From: a virus
Lineage: Duplodnaviria; Caudoviricetes
Direction: 5' to 3' (one strand)
Length of the DNA stretch: 42,276 bases
IMG/VR virus record: IMGVR_UViG_3300023173_000034
Span: 1-42,276 of that record
This document shows, piece after piece, positions 1 through 7,071 of this stretch; the first letter of the stretch is position 1; each line of letters begins with the position of its first letter. The position numbers and the translations under genes were made by a program. Below the pieces are notes generated by a model. It saw only the letters and a program-made list of their open reading frames with translations, was not told the origin of the DNA and ran no database searches.

Positions 1-135
1 ACCTCCTAAATATGTGCTCGTGAAGCTGGAGTTGAATCCATTGGTAAACTCACCCGTAGTGGGAGCGCCAGCGCTGGTGCCAATCGTTACTACGTTGCCG
101 TAGGTGTTTCTAATTTCTTGACCAGTTAAGTTCAT
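1..135 (-). CDS. N-terminus of a probable tail fibre/structural protein (runs off the window)
   Basis: ATG at 135, open to base 1: MNLTGQEIRNTYGNVVTIGTSAGAPTTGEF...; Thr/Gly-rich; in the late cluster. Confidence 0.55.
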   Translation of the reverse strand, partial: MNLTGQEIRNTYGNVVTIGTSAGAPTTGEFTNGFNSSFTSTYLGG

Positions 136-147
136 GTCTTAATATTT

Positions 148-270
148 TTATGATTCCCAAACATCGTTAGCATCGTCCCATATCTCCGGATATGTGCTCC
201 ATATAATAGCAATGATGCTGCCGCCAACGGCAACAATCCGCTTATACATCTGTAGTCCTAAGCCTAACAT
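148..270 (-). CDS. 40-aa small structural-module protein
   Basis: Hand-translated MLGLGLQMYKRIVAVGGSIIAIIWSTYPEIWDDANDVWES; MLGLGL start and W-x6-W-x6-W tail; fills the gap between neighbours. Confidence 0.65.
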   Translation of the reverse strand: MLGLGLQMYKRIVAVGGSIIAIIWSTYPEIWDDANDVWES

Positions 271-271
271 C

Positions 272-538
272 TTAAGCGATGTATGCTAGGACACTACCAC
301 TAACAACAGATACTTCAGAGAACAGCCCATAGATGGCCGTTCCGGCAAGCATAACCTGCCCGCTTAAATCATCTCCAGCCTCGGAGGTCATTGATACAAC
401 AGAATCTTCAAGAGCATACACGACGCGGTAGTGCTCTCCGGCAGTACTGGTGCCACTCGTTACAATACGACGGAAACCAAACTGACCAAATGACGCCAGC
501 TGAAAGTTAGCTGGGTTATTGATGTTCGAATAAGACAT
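272..538 (-). CDS. small beta-rich putative virion protein
   Basis: ATG at 538 (MSYSN...); ends VSGSVLAYIA; promoter immediately upstream. Confidence 0.7.
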   Translation of the reverse strand: MSYSNINNPANFQLASFGQFGFRRIVTSGTSTAGEHYRVVYALEDSVVSMTSEAGDDLSGQVMLAGTAIYGLFSEVSVVSGSVLAYIA

Positions 539-583
539 AGCCAAATAAAAAGTTAAAAGTTAAAGGTGCAATGCTACGCACCA

Positions 584-591
584 CAAAGATA
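584..591 (-). promoter_or_regulatory. Bacteroidota -7 promoter box TATCTTTG
   Basis: Matches TAnnTTTG, upstream of 272..538. Confidence 0.6.
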
Positions 592-882
592 TTAATATTT
601 TCCTTTCCTACTTTTGGGGGATGATTGAGTACTACCACCGGGTCCAGCCCATAAGTTTTTACACGCCCAGTACCGCGGCGTTAGTTTGTTGGTCGCGCTC
701 GAGCACTTGTGACGCGCTCGAAATGACTTACGAGCAGCAGCACTATAGTTGTGCCCATAGCCAGTAGCGCCGAAGTGAATGAGCTTCTCCTGCCCGTTGG
801 CGCAGGCCTTGACCATCTTCTTCTTGCCAGCGCGGTCCGATTTCGTCGGACGGTTGCAGGCCATCTTACTTTTATTTGCCAC
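592..882 (-). CDS. small basic Cys-containing phage protein (ARKSFRARHKC...YWAC type)
   Basis: 96 aa, K/R-rich; IHFG, SFRARHKC and TPRYWACKNLW motifs recalled from aquatic phage and NCLDV proteins. Confidence 0.8.
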   Translation of the reverse strand: MANKSKMACNRPTKSDRAGKKKMVKACANGQEKLIHFGATGYGHNYSAAARKSFRARHKCSSATNKLTPRYWACKNLWAGPGGSTQSSPKSRKGKY

Positions 883-1222
883 GTCTTACTGGTTTTACAC
901 GTTTACCCATACCCACCCGAGACTTCTCAGCCTTCTTCTTGGCGAGCGTTGAGCGAGACATCTCGCCCTTCGTTACTGGGGTCTTTGACGACACACGCTT
1001 GCTAGGTCGGCAGTATTCATTCTTACCACCCCCGCCGCAGGGCTTACCCGTCCGGGTATCTACCCACTTCTCAGCAGTCCAGCGCTTTAGGCTCTTTCCC
1101 TCCTGCGTCTTACGCACACTGCCGCTAGCCTTGCGACATTTCGCAATAGCCTGACTGGCGCGAGCACTAGGGAATATCTTATACTGCGCCTTGACCTTAG
1201 TATAGCAAGCGTCTTTCGGCAT
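872..1222 (-). CDS. small basic Cys-containing phage protein (LKRW..EKWVD..TGKPCG..CRP type)
   Basis: 116 aa, very basic; DACY..VKAQY..FPSA, LKRWTAEKWVD, GKPCG and YCRPSKRVS motifs. Confidence 0.8.
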   Translation of the reverse strand: MPKDACYTKVKAQYKIFPSARASQAIAKCRKASGSVRKTQEGKSLKRWTAEKWVDTRTGKPCGGGGKNEYCRPSKRVSSKTPVTKGEMSRSTLAKKKAEKSRVGMGKRVKPVRRGK

Positions 1223-1323
1223 TACTTTTTCTTGCTGTACGGCTTAGACATAGGCTTACCGCCTCTGCTCTTATGCGTACATGGCATGTCTTTTTTCTTC
1301 TTCATGGTACAACCACAACTCAT
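1222..1323 (-). CDS. 33-aa highly basic peptide
   Basis: MSCGCTMKKKKDMPCTHKSRGGKPMSKPYSKKK; TAATG stop/start overlap with the next gene; promoter upstream. Confidence 0.65.
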   Translation of the reverse strand: MSCGCTMKKKKDMPCTHKSRGGKPMSKPYSKKK

Positions 1324-1329
1324 ATTAGT

Positions 1330-1337
1330 TAACTTTG
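1330..1337 (+). promoter_or_regulatory. -7 box TAACTTTG for the wHTH gene
   Basis: Matches TAnnTTTG, 17 nt before ATG 1355. Confidence 0.55.
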
Positions 1338-1340
1338 GTA

Positions 1341-1348
1341 CAAATATA
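1341..1348 (-). promoter_or_regulatory. -7 box TATATTTG for the basic-protein operon
   Basis: Matches TAnnTTTG on the minus strand, 17 nt before ATG 1323. Confidence 0.6.
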
Positions 1349-1354
1349 CTTTAA

Positions 1355-1966
1355 ATGAAATATCCCCTTACCACGGCAGAAAAGCGCCTGAAGGAGAAGG
1401 TAGAGAAACGAAAAGCAGCAAAGACACGCCTTCCCCTAACCAAGAAAGAGCGCGTCTACAGACAGGCAGAATACAAAAACGACTTCATGAAGTACTGGCG
1501 CGTAGTACGCCGGTGGCTGATGGTTAAGCACAACCTCAACATAACGGATATCGACATGCTGCTGTTCCTCTTCTCCGAGGGATACTTCACCGTTAAGAAG
1601 TTCGAGGAGTACCAGACCCTGTTCTCGTGGGACAAGAAACGCCTCAAGCGCCTTATCGACAACGGGTGGATACATATATGGCGCAACCACGGCGCCGGAA
1701 AGGCACGCCTATACGAGATAACGCCGCACTGCCGCGCCGTCATACAGAACATGTACCGCAAGCTAAACGGTGAGTGTATATCCGAGGATATGTACCGCAA
1801 CCCCATCTTCAGAAACGAGGCCGGATACGCCGACAAGATGCACCGCAACTACATCCTAAAGCTCAACGAGTCTATTCGACAAGGACAACGTCGCGCTCGA
1901 GTATCACGCTATAAACTTCGCCTTCGAGAATCATCGAATGACCAGCAGAACGGTCATACTGAATGA
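1355..1966 (+). CDS. winged-helix (MarR-like) DNA-binding protein
   Basis: 203 aa; LNITDIDMLLFL...LKRLIDNGWIHIW...ARLYEITPHCR pattern typical of wHTH proteins; 3' end overlaps groES. Confidence 0.65.
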   Translation: MKYPLTTAEKRLKEKVEKRKAAKTRLPLTKKERVYRQAEYKNDFMKYWRVVRRWLMVKHNLNITDIDMLLFLFSEGYFTVKKFEEYQTLFSWDKKRLKRLIDNGWIHIWRNHGAGKARLYEITPHCRAVIQNMYRKLNGECISEDMYRNPIFRNEAGYADKMHRNYILKLNESIRQGQRRARVSRYKLRLRESSNDQQNGHTE

Positions 1967-2126
1967 CATCACCGTCCGCAATAGCCGTCACATCCGTGCC
2001 TACACGCACCACGTGGGCCCTCTTATAGCGCACATTTAAGTCGTCATCCTGAATCATAAGACCACTGGAGGTGACCTTTTGCTCGTCTATTTGCTTGATA
2101 ATCAGGTATTTACCTATTGCTTTCAT
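1872..2126 (-). CDS. groES: co-chaperonin GroES
   Basis: 84 aa from MKAIGKYLIIK; EQKVTSSGLMI mobile loop, VVRVG, GDVIQY, ILERDVVLV. Confidence 0.9.
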   Translation of the reverse strand: MKAIGKYLIIKQIDEQKVTSSGLMIQDDDLNVRYKRAHVVRVGTDVTAIADGDVIQYDRSAGHSMILEGEVYSVILERDVVLVE

Positions 2127-2383
2127 CGTATCTCCCATAAAAAGTCCTCTACCCAGATGGGGGTTCTCTCTCCCATCCACGCGTTGAACGTATTAAACTC
2201 AAGGAACTCGGCGGCCTCTTCTTCGCCCATATCTCTAGCCATGATGGAGATGGCCTTACTGCGTGAGTACACAACGCGGAATGACACCGGGTCGATACCA
2301 ATGATGGCGCCGTCTAGTCCGTCGGCGAACAGCAGGCCCTCGTCATCATGCCCGCCGTAGAACTCAACAATCAAGTCCTTCAT
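2123..2383 (-). CDS. conserved acidic phage hypothetical protein
   Basis: 86 aa; ADGLDGAIIG...VVYS...EEAAEFLEFN..AWMGERTP; ATGA overlaps at both ends. Confidence 0.75.
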   Translation of the reverse strand: MKDLIVEFYGGHDDEGLLFADGLDGAIIGIDPVSFRVVYSRSKAISIMARDMGEEEAAEFLEFNTFNAWMGERTPIWVEDFLWEIR

Positions 2384-3984
2384 TTGTCCTCGTAGGTTCT
2401 AGCCAGCGTAACGATGGCGTTAGTACTCAGTATGGTCGTTGCCACACTCACGGCATTCTTCAGGGCGTTCTTAGTGACCTTCAGTGGGTCGATGACGCCC
2501 ATCTTGTACATGTCTCCGTAGACGTTGTTCTTCACATCGTAGCCGTTGTTGTCGTCATCCGACACGTCGAACATAATCTCCGTAGCGTTGAGGCCGGCAT
2601 TCTCGAGTATCTGCGTCAGCGGAGCCGATAGGGCATACGCCATTATGGAATACGCGATACGCTCCTCGCTGGAGAGCTCCGGGTTATGTGACTGTATGTG
2701 GCAGGTGTCCGCCTCGCGCCATAGCGCCAGACCACCGCCGGGGAGTATCCCCTCCTCAAGAGCGGAGCGCACAGCACACACCGCGTCATCGACGCGGTCA
2801 AAAATCTCTTTCTGCTCGACGTCAGAGTTACCACCCACATATATGATACCGATACCTCCCGTCAGGCTAGCAATACGCTGCTTTATGAAGTCCCTATCAC
2901 CGCGCTTGGTGGCAGCGTCGTGCGCTTCCCACAGCTCCTTCACTCGTGCGTTGATGTCGTCGCTCTGCCCTTCGTCGCGCACGATTACCGTGCTGTCCTT
3001 GCCGACGATGACCTTAGCGGCGTGGCCGAGGTCTTTCATCGTCACCAAACTTAGGTCATCGCCCATGCTCTCGCTTATGAACCGCCCGCCTACGCTCACA
3101 GCAATGTCACTCATCAGCTCGTGCTGCTTGTATCCGAACTGAGGGGGTGTGATGGTGCACATCTTAAGGCCGTTCTTCACAACGTTCGCCGCCAGCGTAT
3201 TACCAACCTGCGTGCTACAGGGGCCTATGATGAGGAGCTTCTTACGGTCCGCCACAATAGGCTTCAGGACCGACTCCACCTGCAAGACGTTACTAATCTC
3301 GTGGTCTGTCAGTAGGATGTACACGTCCTCGAGGATACACTCATCCTTCTTCTGGTTGTTGACGAACAGCTTGTTGTCATAGCCGCGGTCAATCTTAATA
3401 CCGTCCGTTACGTCGCAGTATGTGGCCTCGCTCATGCTCTTCTCCACCGTCACGAGCCCATTCTCTCCTACCTTATTGTAGGCCTCCGCTATGATACCAC
3501 CGATGACGGGGTCGTTATTGGCGGAGATGGCCGCCACATCCTTAATCTTACGTGCACCCACCCTACGCGAGCGCTTCTCAAGGGAGCCCACCACGTCGTT
3601 GGCGATGCGCTGCACCTGCCGGATGACCTCCGTGCTGTTCACCTCGGGGGTGATGAGCGACATACCGCGTACAGCAATGGCCTCCGTCAGCACAATAGCC
3701 GTGGTGGTGCCGTCACCGGCGCTTGTCGCCGTCCTATCGGCGGCCTCCTTCATCATACGAACGGCTAGGTTCTCCACGGGGTCAATAAGGTCGATGCTCT
3801 TGGCAACAGTAACACCATCCTTAGTGACAGTAATCCCGTGGGTATGGTATTGGCTTTCTATCAGCACCGTCTTACCGCGAGGACCGAGGGTGCTCTTCAC
3901 CGCCTTGGCGATTGTGGCGATGCCGTTGCCTAATCTGCGACGCGCATCGTCGTCGAACGTAAGGCTCTTTGGTGTGTAGTCCAT
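2380..3984 (-). CDS. groEL: chaperonin GroEL
   Basis: 534 aa; STLGPRG, TKDGVTVAK, GDGTTTA, RVDDAVCA, GILPGGG, GVIDPLKVT motifs; no GGM tail. Confidence 0.97.
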   Translation of the reverse strand: MDYTPKSLTFDDDARRRLGNGIATIAKAVKSTLGPRGKTVLIESQYHTHGITVTKDGVTVAKSIDLIDPVENLAVRMMKEAADRTATSAGDGTTTAIVLTEAIAVRGMSLITPEVNSTEVIRQVQRIANDVVGSLEKRSRRVGARKIKDVAAISANNDPVIGGIIAEAYNKVGENGLVTVEKSMSEATYCDVTDGIKIDRGYDNKLFVNNQKKDECILEDVYILLTDHEISNVLQVESVLKPIVADRKKLLIIGPCSTQVGNTLAANVVKNGLKMCTITPPQFGYKQHELMSDIAVSVGGRFISESMGDDLSLVTMKDLGHAAKVIVGKDSTVIVRDEGQSDDINARVKELWEAHDAATKRGDRDFIKQRIASLTGGIGIIYVGGNSDVEQKEIFDRVDDAVCAVRSALEEGILPGGGLALWREADTCHIQSHNPELSSEERIAYSIMAYALSAPLTQILENAGLNATEIMFDVSDDDNNGYDVKNNVYGDMYKMGVIDPLKVTKNALKNAVSVATTILSTNAIVTLARTYEDK

Positions 3985-4006
3985 AATTTGATTTGATTAG
4001 CTACCC

Positions 4007-4014
4007 CAAATATA
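4007..4014 (-). promoter_or_regulatory. -7 box TATATTTG upstream of groEL
   Basis: Matches TAnnTTTG, 22 nt before the ATG. Confidence 0.6.
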
Positions 4015-4015
4015 C

Positions 4016-4186
4016 TTAAAGGCCGTCGATATACCTAACCAAATCCTTAATGGAATGGTAGAACACCACGCCCCCCATCTCACCGTTGAAGTAGTCGTTG
4101 GAGTGCTCCCTCTTAAAGGCAGCCCACATCTTCGTATAGGGATTGTAGTGAAACAAGTAGTCCTGAAAGTGCTCCGAGTGTGCCAT
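4016..4186 (-). CDS. 56-aa hypothetical protein
   Basis: Start re-assigned to MAHSEHFQDYLFHYNPYTKMWAAFKRE..DYFNG because a promoter box lies at 4205-4212. Confidence 0.7.
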   Translation of the reverse strand: MAHSEHFQDYLFHYNPYTKMWAAFKREHSNDYFNGEMGGVVFYHSIKDLVRYIDGL

Positions 4187-4204
4187 TGTAGTAGTATTAT
4201 ACCA

Positions 4205-4212
4205 CAAATATA
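4205..4212 (-). promoter_or_regulatory. -7 box TATATTTG
   Basis: Matches TAnnTTTG, upstream of 4016..4186. Confidence 0.55.
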
Positions 4213-4454
4213 CCATATCGACACAACACGTGTCGCGCGAATGCGCACTTTGTGTCAATATTGGAAATCATAACTGGCTCTTATTGTGTAAGTTAACTCA
4301 CTCAATGACAGAAATGTCGTTTTTTGAGGGCTTTTCCCTATCTCTCTATATATATTTTACCTGAGAGATATATTTTTTTTTAATTAACTGCTCTAAAAAT
4401 CGACATAAATGGAATATAAGAGATAACTATCTAGTTTCTAATTAGATAGCTAAA

Positions 4455-4487
4455 ACAAAATCGACACAAAATCGACACAAAATCGAC
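4455..4487. repeat. 3 x 11-bp tandem repeat ACAAAATCGAC
   Basis: Three perfect copies; related copies at 4217-4226 and 4396-4405; degenerate GACACA continues to about 4500. Confidence 0.9.
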
Positions 4488-4555
4488 ACAGAGTGACACA
4501 GTGCTGGACTCATAGGACTTATATGGGCATATTGAGTCTAGTAGTAACTCCTATG

Positions 4556-4583
4556 AAAATAGAAAGAGGGGACCGAAGTCCCC
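4556..4583 (-). terminator. intrinsic terminator
   Basis: Minus strand GGGGAC-TTCG-GTCCCC followed by TCTTTCTATTTT, downstream of 4610..4762. Confidence 0.75.
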
Positions 4584-4609
4584 CCTAACCAGCAATCAAT
4601 CATATCGTA

Positions 4610-4762
4610 TTACTTCATGGAGCGCATAGCCATAGCCTCCATCATAGCCTCAGCAGCCTCCTTCTTCATCTGCGCCATCTTCTTGTGACGAAGAGCAGAC
4701 TGAATACCCGTCTCTCCGGGATTAATAGGACTGGAGTCTTGAATCATCTTTACCGTTTTCAT
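4610..4762 (-). CDS. 50-aa Met/Ala/Lys-rich helical protein
   Basis: Hand-translated MKTVKMIQDSSPINPGETGIQSALRHKKMAQMKKEAAEAMMEAMAMRSMK; ATGA overlap upstream, terminator downstream. Confidence 0.7.
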   Translation of the reverse strand: MKTVKMIQDSSPINPGETGIQSALRHKKMAQMKKEAAEAMMEAMAMRSMK

Positions 4763-4902
4763 AACCAGAGAAAATTAATACTTAACAAACCAACATGCAA
4801 CTGAAGCTCACTGTAGTCCGTCTCCTCGTCAACACCATAGTAAGCAAAGCCTACCAAGAATCCATTGCGAACACGGTTCTGAACCTGAATCATCCACTGC
4901 AT
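4759..4902 (-). CDS. 47-aa hypothetical protein, first gene of the leftward arm
   Basis: MQWMIQVQNRVRNGFLVGFAYYGVDEETDYSELQLHVGLLSINFLWL; promoter 3 nt upstream. Confidence 0.65.
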   Translation of the reverse strand: MQWMIQVQNRVRNGFLVGFAYYGVDEETDYSELQLHVGLLSINFLWL

Positions 4903-4905
4903 ACA

Positions 4906-4917
4906 CAAATATACGAA
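4906..4917 (-). promoter_or_regulatory. promoter TTCG-TATATTTG
   Basis: Bacteroidota -7 box with the typical upstream TTCG. Confidence 0.7.
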
Positions 4918-5045
4918 TATCAGATGAGTGTAGTGTTTGGGTTATATGCCAGTATACGCGCCGTGCCCCGCGCCGGAAAGCGATTTTTTTTTCGAGGGGG
5001 GGGGTCGCGATTTCAAAATTTCCTTGCGGATTTTTGGCGAATCCG

Positions 5046-5119
5046 TGTTTAAACATGCATCGACAAGGAATTAGATGTTTAAACAAATAAATCGAGCATC
5101 GGAAATGCGTGTTCAAACA
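5046..5119. repeat. three TGTT(T/C)AAACA palindromic boxes
   Basis: 5046-5055 and 5076-5085 are perfect palindromes; 5110-5119 has one mismatch. Confidence 0.75.
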
Positions 5120-5358
5120 AACAATAATAAACTGCGCACGGGGGGAGCCGTCCTCCCACCGATAAAGAGAAAGCCGTCTCACCTTAGACTCTTTTCAACC
5201 GACCCGAGGAAAGAGAGGTCGGTTAGCCCCTCCCCCGACCTACATCTCCCTTAATTTCCGACAAACTATACTTTTCTGCGTTTTGTAACTCGCTGATATT
5301 CAGTGAGTTTGAAAGTCAGTTCAGCGTTTCATACGCAAAACTTTTTTAATATGCAATA

Positions 5359-5389
5359 GTTGGAAACCGAAACCTTCGTGAGTCCTTTG
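5359..5389 (+). promoter_or_regulatory. candidate early promoter (GTTG...GAAACCTTCGTGAGTCCTTTG)
   Basis: Variant -7 box GTCCTTTG with GTTG 19 nt upstream; 16/21 identical to 9650-9670; starts the rightward arm. Confidence 0.5.
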
Positions 5390-5391
5390 CA

Positions 5392-5907
5392 ATGTCCAAC
5401 CGACATAGCATGGTCAACGAGCCATGAGGTTGGGGCGGAGATAGGCAACGAGACACTATAGTCCGCAACGCTCTTTGAAATAGCCCGAGGGGAGATAGCC
5501 ACGAGGGATGACTGCTGAAGCCGTGAGGAGTACAAGTACCGAACGGAGGCGAGTGGGAGGTGTTCCCTCCTATGAGCCAAGACAATGACCACCGCAGATG
5601 AGCGCACCATAGAGTGCGATGGTGAGCAATGGACACGAAAAGACACGAGGGAGGCAGTTGTCGCGGATGGGGAAATAGCCGAGGGATAGCGGTCAGCGAT
5701 GAGAGGCAAAATTGAAAGCCTCTGCGATGTAGCCTTACATGGTAGAGATACCATAGATGCGAGAGTAGAGCATGGGACACCATGGTACTTGATGGTAGCA
5801 CGGGGTGAGCAGAGACAAGTAGGTAGGTGCCCGAGTTAGAAAAACCGACATAAAGGTCACATGATTGAGGTGGCGGTGCAGTAGGGGTGAACCTACCGCA
5901 TTGTCAT
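5392..5907 (+). ncRNA. long structured non-coding leader or candidate ncRNA
   Basis: About 515 nt, purine-rich, no credible ORF; hairpins at 5392-5406, 5605-5624, 5702-5723, 5739-5754, 5771-5784. Confidence 0.45.
5470..5480 (+). promoter_or_regulatory. boxA-like antitermination element GCTCTTTGAAA
   Basis: Resembles rrn/lambda boxA (GCTCTTTAACA), about 80 nt after the candidate promoter. Confidence 0.5.
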
Positions 5908-5955
5908 TGGGGCGCATGGTGGTCATGAGGGGTTCGTTTCCCCTCCGCCCCACTA
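5908..5955 (+). ncRNA. minimal tRNA-like element (acceptor + T arm, no anticodon arm)
   Basis: TGGGGCG/CGCCCCA stem, CATG-GTGGT-CATG mini-hairpin, GAGGGG-TTCGTTT-CCCCTC T arm. Confidence 0.65.
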
Positions 5956-5969
5956 AAAAACCAAGAACC

Positions 5970-6182
5970 ATGAAATACATTCCTTCCACGGATGACCAAT
6001 GGATAAAGTTGGTCACCACGAGCCGAAAGTCCTTCGGCAGAGCCTCCACGAGAGGCGCGAACTACCACGCCAAAGAGCGTGGTTTGGTGGTTAAGAAAAA
6101 CCGCATTTCGGATGCTATCCGAGAGGCAATAACCGCCGACTATGAGAACACCCGTTTAGTATATGTGTGTCACGCTAAATAA
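5970..6182 (+). CDS. 70-aa basic early protein
   Basis: Start re-assigned to MKYIPSTDDQW after the A-rich leader AAAAAACCAAGAACC. Confidence 0.7.
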   Translation: MKYIPSTDDQWIKLVTTSRKSFGRASTRGANYHAKERGLVVKKNRISDAIREAITADYENTRLVYVCHAK

Positions 6183-6190
6183 TAGAAACC

Positions 6191-6319
6191 ATGACTATTG
6201 AAGCATTAATTCGTGAAGAGTTGGAACATGACTACTACGCCATGGAAACCAACCCAAGGGTCGACAAAGGCATCCTCCGCTTAATGGAGTGCGTCATTGA
6301 AGACATTCAGGTTAACTGA
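6191..6319 (+). CDS. 42-aa acidic early protein
   Basis: MTIEALIREELEHDYYAMETNPRVDKGILRLMECVIEDIQVN; its TGA stop lies in the ribozyme core. Confidence 0.65.
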   Translation: MTIEALIREELEHDYYAMETNPRVDKGILRLMECVIEDIQVN

Positions 6320-6359
6320 CGAGGGTTCAGTACCCGAAACGCCGTGAGGCGTCTTAACC
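6310..6359 (+). ncRNA. type I hammerhead ribozyme 1
   Basis: GGTTAA | CTGACGA | GGGT-tcagt-ACCC | GAAA | CGCC-gtga-GGCG | TC^ | TTAACC; all core nucleotides present; predicted cut after C6353. Confidence 0.92.
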
Positions 6360-6374
6360 AAAAACCTTAATCTA

Positions 6375-7013
6375 ATGATTAATGACTTGAAAGAAATTCG
6401 CTTGGTACGAAACCTCCGAGCCGAATACAATCAGCGAGTGCTAAAGCAGTACCGCACCGAGAATTCTCTCATCACCACTCAAGAGACCCTCCAAGGGGAT
6501 GTTTTCCTCTCGCACGAACAACGAGTTGGTGAGCGCAGAACGAGCACTCATTCTTACGGCTTTGAGGCGGACAACACTCGCAAGATGCACCTCCGCAGAA
6601 CCAAAAACGCCGAGTTGATAGAGTTTAAGTTGGTGTGTGATATCATCACCATTGACTACAACTTTAGTGAAGAGCCTCGTTTCGTTACTACGGAAATGTC
6701 CGAAGAGACGGCTCAACTCGCACCTCGTATGAAGGTCATTTACGGCACGAAGGAGGCGAAAGCCCTCCGAGATATGGCTCGTATGCAATACACCCTCAAA
6801 GACCTCTACAAGGGCAAAGAAACCCAAGGAATTGATGCCCTTGGTGCAATCAAGCCGGGCATCATCATTGACTGCCTCTCGGAATTGGTTGAACGAGCAG
6901 ATGCTGTCTGCGAGTGGGGCACGATATGGGATGCTAAAGATGTTGCATACAAACTTGAGGAAAAGGTTGACTTCCAATTCAAGACGCCGACCTTGAATTT
7001 CAACGCCAAATAA
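6375..7013 (+). CDS. hypothetical early protein
   Basis: 212-aa ORF with an A-rich start region, between the two ribozymes. Confidence 0.8.
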   Translation: MINDLKEIRLVRNLRAEYNQRVLKQYRTENSLITTQETLQGDVFLSHEQRVGERRTSTHSYGFEADNTRKMHLRRTKNAELIEFKLVCDIITIDYNFSEEPRFVTTEMSEETAQLAPRMKVIYGTKEAKALRDMARMQYTLKDLYKGKETQGIDALGAIKPGIIIDCLSELVERADAVCEWGTIWDAKDVAYKLEEKVDFQFKTPTLNFNAK

Positions 7014-7018
7014 GCAAA

Positions 7019-7071
7019 GGTTAACTGACGAGTGCTTTAGTAGCCGAAACCGCCTCCGGGCGGTCTTAACC
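7019..7071 (+). ncRNA. type I hammerhead ribozyme 2
   Basis: GGTTAA | CTGACGA | G(T)GCT-ttagt-AGCC | GAAA | CCGCC-tccg-GGCGG | TC^ | TTAACC; predicted cut after C7065. Confidence 0.9.

Noticed and set aside
4455-4500. CRISPR or mini-array
   Set aside because: 11-bp tandem units with no spacers and no cas genes in the window
4795-5182. ORFs 4795..5052 (+) and 4829..5182 (-)
   Set aside because: They cross homopolymer tracts and conflict with the better-supported 4759..4902 gene and its promoter
5287-5309. Inverted repeat as a recombinase/dif site
   Set aside because: No recombinase in the window and no clear XerC/XerD half-sites; kept only as part of the candidate terminus region
5515-5546. 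Possible third hammerhead (CTGAAG...GAGTACAAGTACCGAAC)
   Set aside because: CUGANGA and GAAA cores are incomplete, and no stems I/III or cleavage triplet can be formed
5329-6049. Minus-strand ORFs 5329..5754, 5346..5801 and 5735..6049
   Set aside because: Ser/Pro/Leu-rich shadows of a purine-rich plus strand, with no promoter or plausible start context
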